IMG/VR virus record: IMGVR_UViG_3300042368_001196 | DNA: 64,000 nucleotides | Source: an uncultured virus (IMG/VR IMGVR_UViG_3300042368_001196) | Lineage: Duplodnaviria > Heunggongvirae > Uroviricota > Caudoviricetes | Direction: 5' to 3' (one strand) | In this document: positions 8,202 to 18,200 of the stretch, in pieces | Layout: each line of letters begins with the position of its first letter | Position numbering within the stretch: position 1 is the stretch's first letter | Translations under genes and position numbers: made by a program | Notes under the pieces: model-generated | The model's database searches: none | What the model was told of the DNA's origin: nothing | The model's input: the letters and a program-made list of their open reading frames with translations, nothing else

Positions 8202-10546
8202 TGGCGACGACCTACCTCGAAGCGCGTAACTTGCTTGCACCCTACGTCGACAACGGCGTGGCGGTGACCGACACGGCGCGTATCGACCAAAGAATTGACG
8301 AGGCCCAGAGGCGACTAATCGACCATTACAACTTCCTCTCCCGACGCGAGGAGATGGAAAAAGCCTCCCTGACTTGGAATGCGGGTGGCACGACGGGTGA
8401 TCCTTCCACTGGTAGCCTTATCCTCGACAACTTGGATGCGACCAAGAATATGATCTTGGCGCTTTGGCGCGAGGAGAATAACCAGCTTGAACTGGCCACG
8501 GGGTTGGAGACCAAAGCCAACTCCTACATTGAGCGCAACTTGATGAACGAAGTCGAGCGGGCTCGCCGTGCCACGTTCCAGACGCTTGCGACCAACAACG
8601 GGCAGAATACCTTTGGCGGACTGACAGGGCGTGTCGGCCTTGAGACCCTCGTCCAATACCGCCTGCCTGAAGGTCGGATCAAGAGCCTTATCAATCAGGC
8701 TTACCAGCAAGCGATCGACCAGCACAACTTTGTCAGCCGCCGTGAAGACAAGTCGCGGTCGCCGCTGACCTACACCGCGCTGACGGGCGACACCGAGATT
8801 TTCAACACGCTCCTCCCCGTCGAAGTCGTGCGGCTTCTGACTCTGTCGTTGATCGTCACCGATGCGGGCAGTGATGGCGCGGGGCTCAAGAGCCAAGCCT
8901 TCGAGTTGATCGACCGCAATGTGACGACCTTGGTTGAACAGACCCGGCGCGATGCGGCCGGAACCGAAGGGCGGCTGCACAACGAACTGCCTGGAGGTTT
9001 GCAAATTCCGACGGCACGCCTTACCACGTATCTCTCCCAAGCGGCGACCGAGGCGGGAACGCACTACGACTTTCTGACCCGCCGCGAAGATTACTCCAGC
9101 GGAGTAGAGCCCAATCCGTTCGCCTATGAGGTGCTCAAGCCCTTGGTCGAATCTTACATCGCCACTTTGGGCGGAACCGTCGATGTGGCTTCGGCCAAGA
9201 AACAAGAGGCTTTCCAGATCATCGAACGCGATCTCATGCAGAATGTTGAAGCCGCCCGCCGCGCCACGGCTGGAGAGGCGGGGCGCTTGCACAATGAACT
9301 GCCCGAGGGTGTGCGGATCGCCACGGCCCGCATTAACGAGTATTTAAGCCAAGCCGCCGCCGAGGCTGGCGCTCACTGGGACTTCCTGGCCCGTCGTGAG
9401 AACTATTCGAGCGGAACCAAACCAAATCCTTTTACCTATGAAGTGCGGAAAAAATTCGTGGAAAGCTATGTCGCGACCGGGGCTGGTCAAATCGAAGCCG
9501 CGTCGGCGCTCAAAGCCGAAGGCCAAGCGTTAATCGAGCGTGACCTGATGGCCCAAGTCGAAGCGGCCCGGAGGGCTGCGTCCGGCGACGAGGGCAAGTT
9601 GCACAATGAACTACCCAACGGGGTCACGATCTCGTCAAATCGTTTGACCACCTATTTGTCTCAGGCTTCAACCGAGATTGGGGCGCAGCAAGATTTCCTG
9701 CAACGCCGCGAGGACTACAACGGCCCCGCACCGACGCCGACTTACGAGCAAAGGAAGATTCTGGTGGAAAGCTATCTGGCGACCTCGGCGGGACAACCCG
9801 AAGTGGCGACCGCGCTCAAGCAACAAGCTCTAGCCTTAATCGAGCGTGACGTAATGGCCGCGATCGAAGCCGCCCGCCGCTCGACCCGTGAGGCTTTGCT
9901 GGCTTCGGCCAATGATACCTTCGGCTACCACTGGGGCCGGATCGGACTGGAACTGCCCGAGGCTTACCGGCTCTCGGACTCCGCCGTGAAGCGCATGGTC
10001 AACGCGGCCGAGGAGCAACTGATGTTTGCCGGTAAATGGGTTGGCACCGTGGCCGAGTATACGCTGACCGTAAATGCCACGGGTGAGTTCTTTCTCCCCC
10101 GTGAGGTCGAGACGATTCTCTACATGTCTTTCGACGGCGATCCCAAGCCCGTGCACGATCGGCTCAATGAGTGGATTCGCGGCGGCACCGGATACCGCGA
10201 AACGGACGACAAGTGGCGCGAGGGGGCGGTTGACCGTGGGGAAGCGATCGATCCGGCCGATGGTTTTCTGAAGCGGAAATATTGGATTACGCTGCCCAAC
10301 GTGGTTCCCGTGGTTCGGATCTTGGCCAAACGCCGCTTCGTTCCCCATACCGCCGACGCCGACACGATGTATCTACGCAACTACCAAGCGATCTACGAGG
10401 CGACTAAGGGAATTCTCTTGGGCGGCGACCAGATCACCCCCCATATCGAGAAAGCCAAGGAGATGCTGGCCAGCCAGATTGCCCAACAAAACTTCACTGG
10501 AAACCGCGGAGCCGCCCACACCCGTCGCGTTTACCAGTTTCGGTGA
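8201..10546 (+). CDS. Head-tail adaptor/tail tubular A-like protein with about 6 internal repeats
   Basis: Recurring RLHNELP..YLSQA..DFL.RRE..LIERD..EAARR units; position in the tail module. Confidence 0.55.
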   Translation: MATTYLEARNLLAPYVDNGVAVTDTARIDQRIDEAQRRLIDHYNFLSRREEMEKASLTWNAGGTTGDPSTGSLILDNLDATKNMILALWREENNQLELATGLETKANSYIERNLMNEVERARRATFQTLATNNGQNTFGGLTGRVGLETLVQYRLPEGRIKSLINQAYQQAIDQHNFVSRREDKSRSPLTYTALTGDTEIFNTLLPVEVVRLLTLSLIVTDAGSDGAGLKSQAFELIDRNVTTLVEQTRRDAAGTEGRLHNELPGGLQIPTARLTTYLSQAATEAGTHYDFLTRREDYSSGVEPNPFAYEVLKPLVESYIATLGGTVDVASAKKQEAFQIIERDLMQNVEAARRATAGEAGRLHNELPEGVRIATARINEYLSQAAAEAGAHWDFLARRENYSSGTKPNPFTYEVRKKFVESYVATGAGQIEAASALKAEGQALIERDLMAQVEAARRAASGDEGKLHNELPNGVTISSNRLTTYLSQASTEIGAQQDFLQRREDYNGPAPTPTYEQRKILVESYLATSAGQPEVATALKQQALALIERDVMAAIEAARRSTREALLASANDTFGYHWGRIGLELPEAYRLSDSAVKRMVNAAEEQLMFAGKWVGTVAEYTLTVNATGEFFLPREVETILYMSFDGDPKPVHDRLNEWIRGGTGYRETDDKWREGAVDRGEAIDPADGFLKRKYWITLPNVVPVVRILAKRRFVPHTADADTMYLRNYQAIYEATKGILLGGDQITPHIEKAKEMLASQIAQQNFTGNRGAAHTRRVYQFR

Positions 10547-10565
10547 TATAGTAATAACCACATAA

Positions 10566-11036
10566 ATGGTCTACGATTCTCCAGAGTGGCGACAGGCGCG
10601 TGATGCCAAACTCCTTGAGTGGTTTGGCGGCAACCAGAGCGCGGTCAATTTTTTAGTTACCCTCAGTTCCATTGCCGAACTTTGGGATGATTTAGTCGAC
10701 CGCGACAAGCTGCCGCCCAGAGAGGAGATCGATCAAATTTTCTGGGGTGTGTTGGTCGAGTTACCAACCAATGAATTCTTTCAGCAAAACAAGACCTTCT
10801 TCATGCCCCTCATCATCCAAGCGATCACCGCTTGGCGGGATTCCACGGCGCTTGAAAAGGAAGGTGAGCGTGGCCGGGCTTACGCCCTGACACTCCGCGA
10901 CACGCATCTACTTATGGCTCCAATGGTTGTGCTGCTTCTTCGCGGTGAAGCCGCGGCCAGAGAAGTCAGCTTGGAGATGTGGAAATACTTTACCGCCAAT
11001 GATGATCCGTTGGCTTGGATCAAGGACTCGAAATGA
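10566..11036 (+). CDS. Helical protein with DDxxD motif (isoprenoid-synthase-like fold?)
   Basis: ELWDDLVDRD motif in an all-alpha 156-aa sequence. Confidence 0.45.
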   Translation: MVYDSPEWRQARDAKLLEWFGGNQSAVNFLVTLSSIAELWDDLVDRDKLPPREEIDQIFWGVLVELPTNEFFQQNKTFFMPLIIQAITAWRDSTALEKEGERGRAYALTLRDTHLLMAPMVVLLLRGEAAAREVSLEMWKYFTANDDPLAWIKDSK

Positions 11037-13273
11037 ATATTTTCCTGAAAGATAAATTAGTTCAGCGGTTCTTCTCTATGGGTGGAGGGGGAGGGGGAGG
11101 AGGTGGAGGCGACAACAACCGTGAGGGTGAAGTCACGGCACGGATGAATCGGTTTGTGGCGCAGACTGAAGCTGACGCCAACAGACTAATTAGCGCGGTC
11201 ACCTCGCTCGGCAACGAGCTTAAACGTGACGCACAGAATCTCAGCCAAGATTATCTCAAGGGACTTTCGCAGGAAGAGAAGACTGCGCTCAGTCGCTTGG
11301 AGCGGGCGAATAACTGGCTGACCGACGAGACCAATCGCACCAGCGATACTTTTGCCCGTGAATTTCGCCAAGCTCTTGAGGACTTGGATGCCGCCTCCAA
11401 GACCCTGAACCTTGGTCAACGCGACCAGATCAACGAGCAGATCAACCAGTTCAAAACTGAAGCGGTGACTTTGGATAGCCGCCTTCGCACCGATGTTTCT
11501 TCGGCATTGGACCGCATGGATACCGGAGCCACGGCGGCAGTCGATGCTTTCCGTGGCGAGTCTCTTGGTCTGGCCGATACCTTTGCCCAAGCGGGCCGCG
11601 ATTTTCGCACTGACTCGGAAAGACTCTCGGACACCTTCCGGGGAGATATCAGCAATTTTCGTGCGGACTCCGACCGACTTAGTGAGCAATCCCGCGCCGA
11701 TTCCGAGAGGTTTCGTTCAGACTCTCTGGCGTTAGGTGACCGCTATCTTGGTGCCGTGGGCGGGGCAATGGATGAATACCGCAGCATCCTTAATGAAGCG
11801 GGCAACCTGACGCCCGAACGTCTCAACATCTTCAGTCGCGCTGCTGACTTTATTTCCCAAGCCGCCGTCCAGACCCGCGCCAACATGCTGGCCTCGGCCG
11901 ATCCTCGGGCTTTGGAGCTTTCGGCGATTGCCGACGAGAATGCTGCCGCGATGATGAGCGGCCGGATCTCGGCTGATACACAAGCCAACTTGGCTCGGTC
12001 GAGTGCGATGCGTGCCTTGCAGGGTGGGTTTGGAGCTTCGAGTGAGATGGGGCGCGGGCTTACGGCTCGCGACCTCGGGCTTACCTCACTTGAGCTTCAA
12101 AGGCAGGGCATGAATGATTTCGAGCGTCAGCGCACGCTCAACTACAACACCCGTGTCGCGGGATTGCAGACCGACGCGACGGGGCTTTTGCGCGACAACC
12201 AGCAGATCCTCCAGAACCGGGCGAACGCGCTCTTGGAATCCGGACTCTCCACCGCACAGAGCGACCGTAATCAGCGGCAAGATGTTTTCAACACAGTATT
12301 GCAAGCAGGAGATTCTGACATTGCCCGCCGCCAAACAGTTTTAGCTACCGGCCTGGATGCCGCGAGAGACGATATCAACCGCCGTCAGGGTGTCTTAAAC
12401 ACAGGGCTTCAAACCGCCGAAAGCGACCGCAATCAACGGCAGGGCATCTTTGATACCACGCTGGGAGCCCGGTTGGCTAACGTAGATACACGTCGTGCAG
12501 AGGAAGTAGGCACGGCGCGTGGTCTCTATGATACGGGTATGAATCGTGCGGCCAATGTTCTGGGGCTCAACATTCAGAATACAGGAACCTTTTTCGACAA
12601 CGAACGCGCAAGAGCGCAGACTCGTTTCAATGCTAATACTGGATTGTCTGGGCGACTCTTTGATGTCGGCCTGAATACGGCTGGCACGCTTTACGGCACC
12701 AACGTCAACGCGAACAACGCTTTCTACAACACTGGTGTCAACGCACTGGGTAGCGTTTTTGGAACTCGGATGCAGGCTTCAGGAACGGCGATCAGTATGC
12801 GCGATGTGGCCGAGCGTCAGAAACTTGCCTCGATGACGCAAGTTCGCAGTAACGCTGCCGCGATGATCGAGCAAGCAGCCGAGGCGGATTACCAACAAAA
12901 CATGCAAGCTAAAGCGGCGAACAATTCGATGTGGGGCAGCATCATCGGAACCGGAGCGACTGTGCTCGGTGGGGCCGTTGGAACTGCTGTCGGCGGACCA
13001 GTCGGCGGAATGGTTGGCTCAACGCTCGGCGGGATGGCCGGACAAGCAGCAGCCGGAAGCCTTGGCTATGGCGGAAGTCGCGGCGGAGCGCAGGGCATGG
13101 AACAAGGTATGTCGGCAGTTGGCATGTTCTCTTCGGCTCTGGGTGGTCGTCAGGGCTACCAGTCTACGTTTGGCTCGATGGGGGCCGCGCAATCGGCTGC
13201 TCCTTACGCCAGTTCATTTTCCAACATGGGGAGCATGGGATGGGTTCCTAGAGCAACAGCCGTAAGCAGATAA
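11033..13273 (+). CDS. Internal virion/ejection protein
   Basis: Poly-Gly N-terminus, long coiled coil, C-terminal glycine zipper (GGAVGTAVGGPVGGMVG), no Cys seen. Confidence 0.65.
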   Translation: MNIFLKDKLVQRFFSMGGGGGGGGGGDNNREGEVTARMNRFVAQTEADANRLISAVTSLGNELKRDAQNLSQDYLKGLSQEEKTALSRLERANNWLTDETNRTSDTFAREFRQALEDLDAASKTLNLGQRDQINEQINQFKTEAVTLDSRLRTDVSSALDRMDTGATAAVDAFRGESLGLADTFAQAGRDFRTDSERLSDTFRGDISNFRADSDRLSEQSRADSERFRSDSLALGDRYLGAVGGAMDEYRSILNEAGNLTPERLNIFSRAADFISQAAVQTRANMLASADPRALELSAIADENAAAMMSGRISADTQANLARSSAMRALQGGFGASSEMGRGLTARDLGLTSLELQRQGMNDFERQRTLNYNTRVAGLQTDATGLLRDNQQILQNRANALLESGLSTAQSDRNQRQDVFNTVLQAGDSDIARRQTVLATGLDAARDDINRRQGVLNTGLQTAESDRNQRQGIFDTTLGARLANVDTRRAEEVGTARGLYDTGMNRAANVLGLNIQNTGTFFDNERARAQTRFNANTGLSGRLFDVGLNTAGTLYGTNVNANNAFYNTGVNALGSVFGTRMQASGTAISMRDVAERQKLASMTQVRSNAAAMIEQAAEADYQQNMQAKAANNSMWGSIIGTGATVLGGAVGTAVGGPVGGMVGSTLGGMAGQAAAGSLGYGGSRGGAQGMEQGMSAVGMFSSALGGRQGYQSTFGSMGAAQSAAPYASSFSNMGSMGWVPRATAVSR

Positions 13274-13275
13274 TT

Positions 13276-13740
13276 ATGAGCGCCTGGCCCACACTACAAG
13301 CTGCCCCGAACGTCGATCTCCCACCGTGGGGATGGAACCCCGTTGCTACGTTCCAGACAGCATACAACGACGCCCAAGAAGAGAAGCGGGCGCAGCAAGA
13401 GTTCGATCTTGGTATGCAGCTAGAGCAAATCCTGCTACCGGCAAAGATTGCCAAAGCGGAATATGACACCAAGAAGTTCGCTTACGATTCCAAGCTGCTT
13501 GAGAGAATCTACCGCACCCAGTCGGCCGCTCTGGATAATAGCTATCGTGGTGTGACCTCGGCTGTCGGTGGTGGGGGACAACGCAGTGGAGGGTTATCCG
13601 GCACCCCAACTACCACCGGACAACAATTTCAAAGCCAGTTCGGTTTTGGCCGTGGCCTCACTCAACCCCCACAAGCCCCCGCCAAGAAACCGACATGGCA
13701 AGTGGTAGCCCCAGCCCAACCAAATCCCACGGGACCCTAG
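13276..13740 (+). CDS. Putative internal virion protein
   Basis: Gln/Pro/Gly-rich; lies between ejection-type genes. Confidence 0.5.
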   Translation: MSAWPTLQAAPNVDLPPWGWNPVATFQTAYNDAQEEKRAQQEFDLGMQLEQILLPAKIAKAEYDTKKFAYDSKLLERIYRTQSAALDNSYRGVTSAVGGGGQRSGGLSGTPTTTGQQFQSQFGFGRGLTQPPQAPAKKPTWQVVAPAQPNPTGP

Positions 13741-13741
13741 C

Positions 13742-15187
13742 ATGAGCTTACGTATCCAAGTCGATGGTGTCGGCACGGTTCAGGTCGATCCGAGTTTTCA
13801 GGAGCTTTCCCCGCAAGAGCAGGAAAGTTTCATTAGTGAGATCAAGCAAAGTGTCTCCGGTGGTCGGATGGCCAGCGATGCCGTAGCTCCCGCTCCGGCG
13901 TCCACGCCGATCAATGCTTCGCGGTCTAATTTTGATCTGGGCGCGGCTATTCCCGACACGCAACCCGAAGCGGTGCAGAGTGCAGCACCGCAGCAAGCCG
14001 GGCAGAATCCTTTGGCTGGGACGCCTTTTGATTACCAGCGTGGATCACAAGTCCTTGAACAATTCGCCGCGGATTTCATGGACAAGGAAAACATCGTCAC
14101 CGGAGCGAAGTATGGCGACAAGGCGGTGATTGAAGAGGACTGGATCAACGCCCGCAATCAGATCTACGCGCCTGAACTAGAAAGACTCGGCATCAATCCC
14201 GCCAAGGCACAAATCGCGGCCAATCAAGTGGTCAGAGGGAAAGCGAGAAACATGCTCGAAGCTCTCGGGATTCCTGAACCGCAGAACAATCCACAAGTTA
14301 ATCTTTCGCCGGAGCAAGTGGAAGAAGCGCGAGGATTGCAGGATTTTATCCAGAACAATATCAACCTGGCCAACGACGCTGAAGACCCCCGGCAAAAACG
14401 TCAGTATCAGCGCATGGCATCCGAGGCTTCGCAAAAGCTGCGGGCCATGAGCGGAGCGCCGGAACCGACCCCCTTTGAGCGCATCGAAAACATAAACAGT
14501 GTCTTGGGGGAGCTTGGTCGCAAGAAAGAACGAGGCGGTCTGGGCACTGTGGAATACGAAGGGGTCCCTTACCCGGTGGCAGCTTCGGCGGAGTTGGAAA
14601 CCGATCTCGCTTCCGAGCAGGCAGACCTTTTGGATCTATTGGAAAACGATCCTGCGGCACGGGCGTCGATTCGTGTGCGTCCGCAAAACGCGATCGTCTA
14701 TGAGACCGATAGTAAAGGTAATCCCCGCAAAGGCGCGGATGGTAAATTTGTCATCAACCCGAAAGCGACCGCAACAAAGTGGGAGGAACTGCAAAACACG
14801 GCACGGGAAGGCGAAATCATCGAGCGGGAAAATGGGACGATCGGGCCTTTCATGGGGGCAAAAGAAAAAAGAAAAGGTGGTGACGGGTATTGGACGCCGG
14901 ACGCGCTAGAGCCAGCCTTGGCCGGTGCCGGAGTGGTCGCCGAGGGAGTTGCCACCGGAGCCTCCCGTTTAATCCCTAAAGTCGCGAGCGCGGCAGGGGA
15001 TGCCATATCTGCTTTTGACGCAATCACCGGAGGTCGGCAGACGCGCAACGTGATTTCTAAAATACCGACGGCACTTCGCGGAGGTAGCCCTTCCGTAATG
15101 CTGGCTCAACAGGGTTTGCGCTATCTTTCCGAGATTGGTCTGAAAGCCCAGGAAGCAGAGAAAAAGAAGAAGCTGGCCGGCCAGTAG
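13742..15187 (+). CDS. Putative internal virion protein
   Basis: 481 aa, helical and Gln/Ala-rich; position. Confidence 0.55.
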   Translation: MSLRIQVDGVGTVQVDPSFQELSPQEQESFISEIKQSVSGGRMASDAVAPAPASTPINASRSNFDLGAAIPDTQPEAVQSAAPQQAGQNPLAGTPFDYQRGSQVLEQFAADFMDKENIVTGAKYGDKAVIEEDWINARNQIYAPELERLGINPAKAQIAANQVVRGKARNMLEALGIPEPQNNPQVNLSPEQVEEARGLQDFIQNNINLANDAEDPRQKRQYQRMASEASQKLRAMSGAPEPTPFERIENINSVLGELGRKKERGGLGTVEYEGVPYPVAASAELETDLASEQADLLDLLENDPAARASIRVRPQNAIVYETDSKGNPRKGADGKFVINPKATATKWEELQNTAREGEIIERENGTIGPFMGAKEKRKGGDGYWTPDALEPALAGAGVVAEGVATGASRLIPKVASAAGDAISAFDAITGGRQTRNVISKIPTALRGGSPSVMLAQQGLRYLSEIGLKAQEAEKKKKLAGQ

Positions 15188-15218
15188 CACAGCCATCCGC
15201 CAACGGCTATATTAACGG

Positions 15219-18200
15219 ATGACTTCGGAGCAGCGTCGGCAAGAGAGTGAGGCTTACTGGTTTCGGTCGCCAGCCGCCCGCAACGTGCTGGAAGATTTCG
15301 GCGCAGCCCGTGATGACGAAGAGGAGACGATCCTGACTGAGGAAGGTCAGGAGCCGGAGCCCGTGACCCTGACGCCGGAGACTAGTGTCGAAGACGTGGT
15401 CCGTAACGAGCCCGAGCCGCCGCCCCAAGAATTTACCGATGTCTATGAGTTCTTCGCTTCGCAGCAGGGCAAGGATTTAACCCAAGAGCGGTATGAGGAG
15501 CGGGGGATCGAGGGGTATGAAGTCGGGGAGTTGTTCCCGCGGGAGCAACGTGGGCTGGGTGGTGAAGCCGGGGCGGGATTTGCCCGTGGTGTCGACCAGA
15601 CACAGGCGATGGGATTCGGGTTGCTCGGGCTCATGGGTGAGGCGTTGGGGGTCGAGGGGCTCTCGGACTTGGGGGTCGATGGCTACATCCGCAACATGGA
15701 AGAGGCGGCAAAGAACCAAGCCTCGGTGCAGGATCCTTTCGAAGAAATCGGCGGGGCAGGAGACGCGGCCCGCTACGCGACCGGAATTATTTTCGAGCAG
15801 CTTCCGCAGTTGGCTCTCTCCTTGGTCGGCGGCGGCATCGGTGGATACACCGCGAGATCCCTTGCCAGCAAAGTCGTCGCCAACGAAATCGGCCGACGCA
15901 TCAAGGCGGGCGCAGCCAAAGAGGTCGCCGAAAGCGACGTGGCGCAAATGGTGGCTGAACGTATGCTGCGTGGGGCGGGAACCAAAATTGTCGAATCGTC
16001 GACGAAATCCGGAGCTTTGGGCGGGGCCTATGTCGCCAACGTCGGGCAGATTGCGGGTGGTAGCTTTGGTGAGATCGAGCAGGAGACAGGGCTTCGTGAT
16101 CCAGTCAACGCGCTCGGCTTTGCTCTTCTCGGCGGTGCGCTGGAGACGGGAGCCGAGGCCCTCCTCGCCGCGCCGATCGCTGGCAAACTGATGCGGGGCA
16201 CAACAGCCCCGATGACTGGAGCCACGGAACGGGCATTAGGATTCAACGTCGGTCCGGTTGTTGGAGCAGCCGGTCGCTTGGCGGGAACCTCCGCCGCAGA
16301 AGGCGGAACGGAATACGGTCAGACTTTCACGGAACAAGCAGCGGTCGCCTCGGCTGACCCCAATCGCACGCTGGCCGAAGTAGCGTTTACCCCGGAAGCC
16401 GAACGCGAGCGTCAGATTTCGGCGGCAGCAGGCGTCGTCGCTGGCGGCGGTATCGGTGCCGTGAGCCAAGCAGCAAGCTACTTGATTCCTGAAACAAGTC
16501 GCAGGGTTCAGGAGAAGTTGCAGCAAAGGCAAGTGGAGCAAGCTCCGGCCGAACCAACGCTAACGGGCGAGTGGTCGCAGCCGATCCAAGTTGATGACTT
16601 GCGGATGCAGCGCAGTTCGACGGGCTTGTGGGCAGTCGTAAATCCGGATCGTGAGATCGTGCGCGGTGCGCCGACAATCCAAGATGAGAGCGGTGCGACG
16701 CTCCAGATCCTTTCCCCGGAAGCCGATGAGGAAGGCCGTGCGGCCATGCTTGTGGCTAGGGCTGAAAAGGCTTTGAGCGATCTTTCCGAGGGTGAAATGA
16801 CGACAGAGCTTCCGGCTCAACAGGAAGAGGTGGTCGAAGAAGATGAACTAGGTGAGCCCGCTGAACTCGATGAGGAGACCGAAGCCACCAGGATGCGTCA
16901 AAGCCCGCTCGGGGCACAGGCACTTCGCGAGCAGTTGGCTGAAAACGAAGTTGTTTCTGCCGCTCTTGCCGAGCCCACGGAAAACATCGTCGAACAACCA
17001 GCACAGCCGATCAAGTCGGCAGAAGAATCTGCTCAGACGATTGCCTCTGAGTTGGAACGCGAAGCGGAACTTCGGCGAAGCGAAGAGGGTGCAGAAGCAC
17101 TGCGTCGTCAATTAGCCGAGGAACAGGAAGTGTCGGCGGCACTGGCAGACAATACCCAAGAACCGCGTGAAACTGGAACCCCGACAATTTTGAAATCCGC
17201 TGCCGAGTCGGCGGAAGCCATCGACGCGGCACTTAGCGAGGAAGAACAAGTGCGTCAGGGAGAGGTGGGAGCGGGGGTTCGAAAACAAGCCCGGAGGCAG
17301 GAGCGGGTAGCCTCAAGAATCATGGCACCCGACGTAGATGTCGCGGGGGCGCTTCAGCGAGTCCGTGAGGGGGGAGTCGTAGGTGAACAAGCAGACATTC
17401 TCCTCAGTAACTTTTACGAGAAGCGTAAAAAAGAATTGGAGACCGCCCAAGAAGATCGCCGCAAGGCATCGGAAGCTGCGTTGGCGAGACCCCCCATTGA
17501 AGCTGAAAACTTCATCAGAGGTCTGAATACGGGCGACCGTGTGGGGCTGATTGGTGGGCAGGACCGCACAGCCACCGTGTTTGTGGATGGCGTCAAGAAA
17601 ACGAAAAAGGTAATCGGAGGGCGAAACATTACCCCTATAGTCTTCGTGGGTCGTCGTAAAAACGGCAACGCTGTCTTCGAGACTTTTGCCACGTCGCCCG
17701 TTGACGGGGGACAAGTCGGAAGCCGGACTCGTATTGAACTGCCACCGGCACAGTTCGCACGAGTGACTCTCGCGCCTCCTCCGGAGGTCACCAAGACCCC
17801 GCTGGAACAAGCCTTCTCCGACGCCCTCGGACCGAACCCAACCAAACAACAAGCCGAGCGTGTGCTTGGCTCGCCTTACACGGGGACTCGTGGGGCGCAG
17901 GAGTCGACATTCAATGACGGGCTGGGGGCTGAAGCATTCCCGATCGAGGTAAGCTGGTTCAACAAAAAGGGCGAGAAGGGGACGATCATCCCTTCGATCC
18001 GGGGTAAGTTCACCAACACGCCGTTCAACACCGTGCGGCAGATGAACCAAGGTCTTGAGGTCGTGGTGCCGGACGACCAACTGGCGACCTTGAACAAGGA
18101 CATCGAAGTCCAAGCCGTGAGTGACAAGAAGGGTGGACGTAAGAACATTGTCACAGGCGTCAATCTTTGGGGTCGCACTTACCGCCGCAGCTTGAGATCT

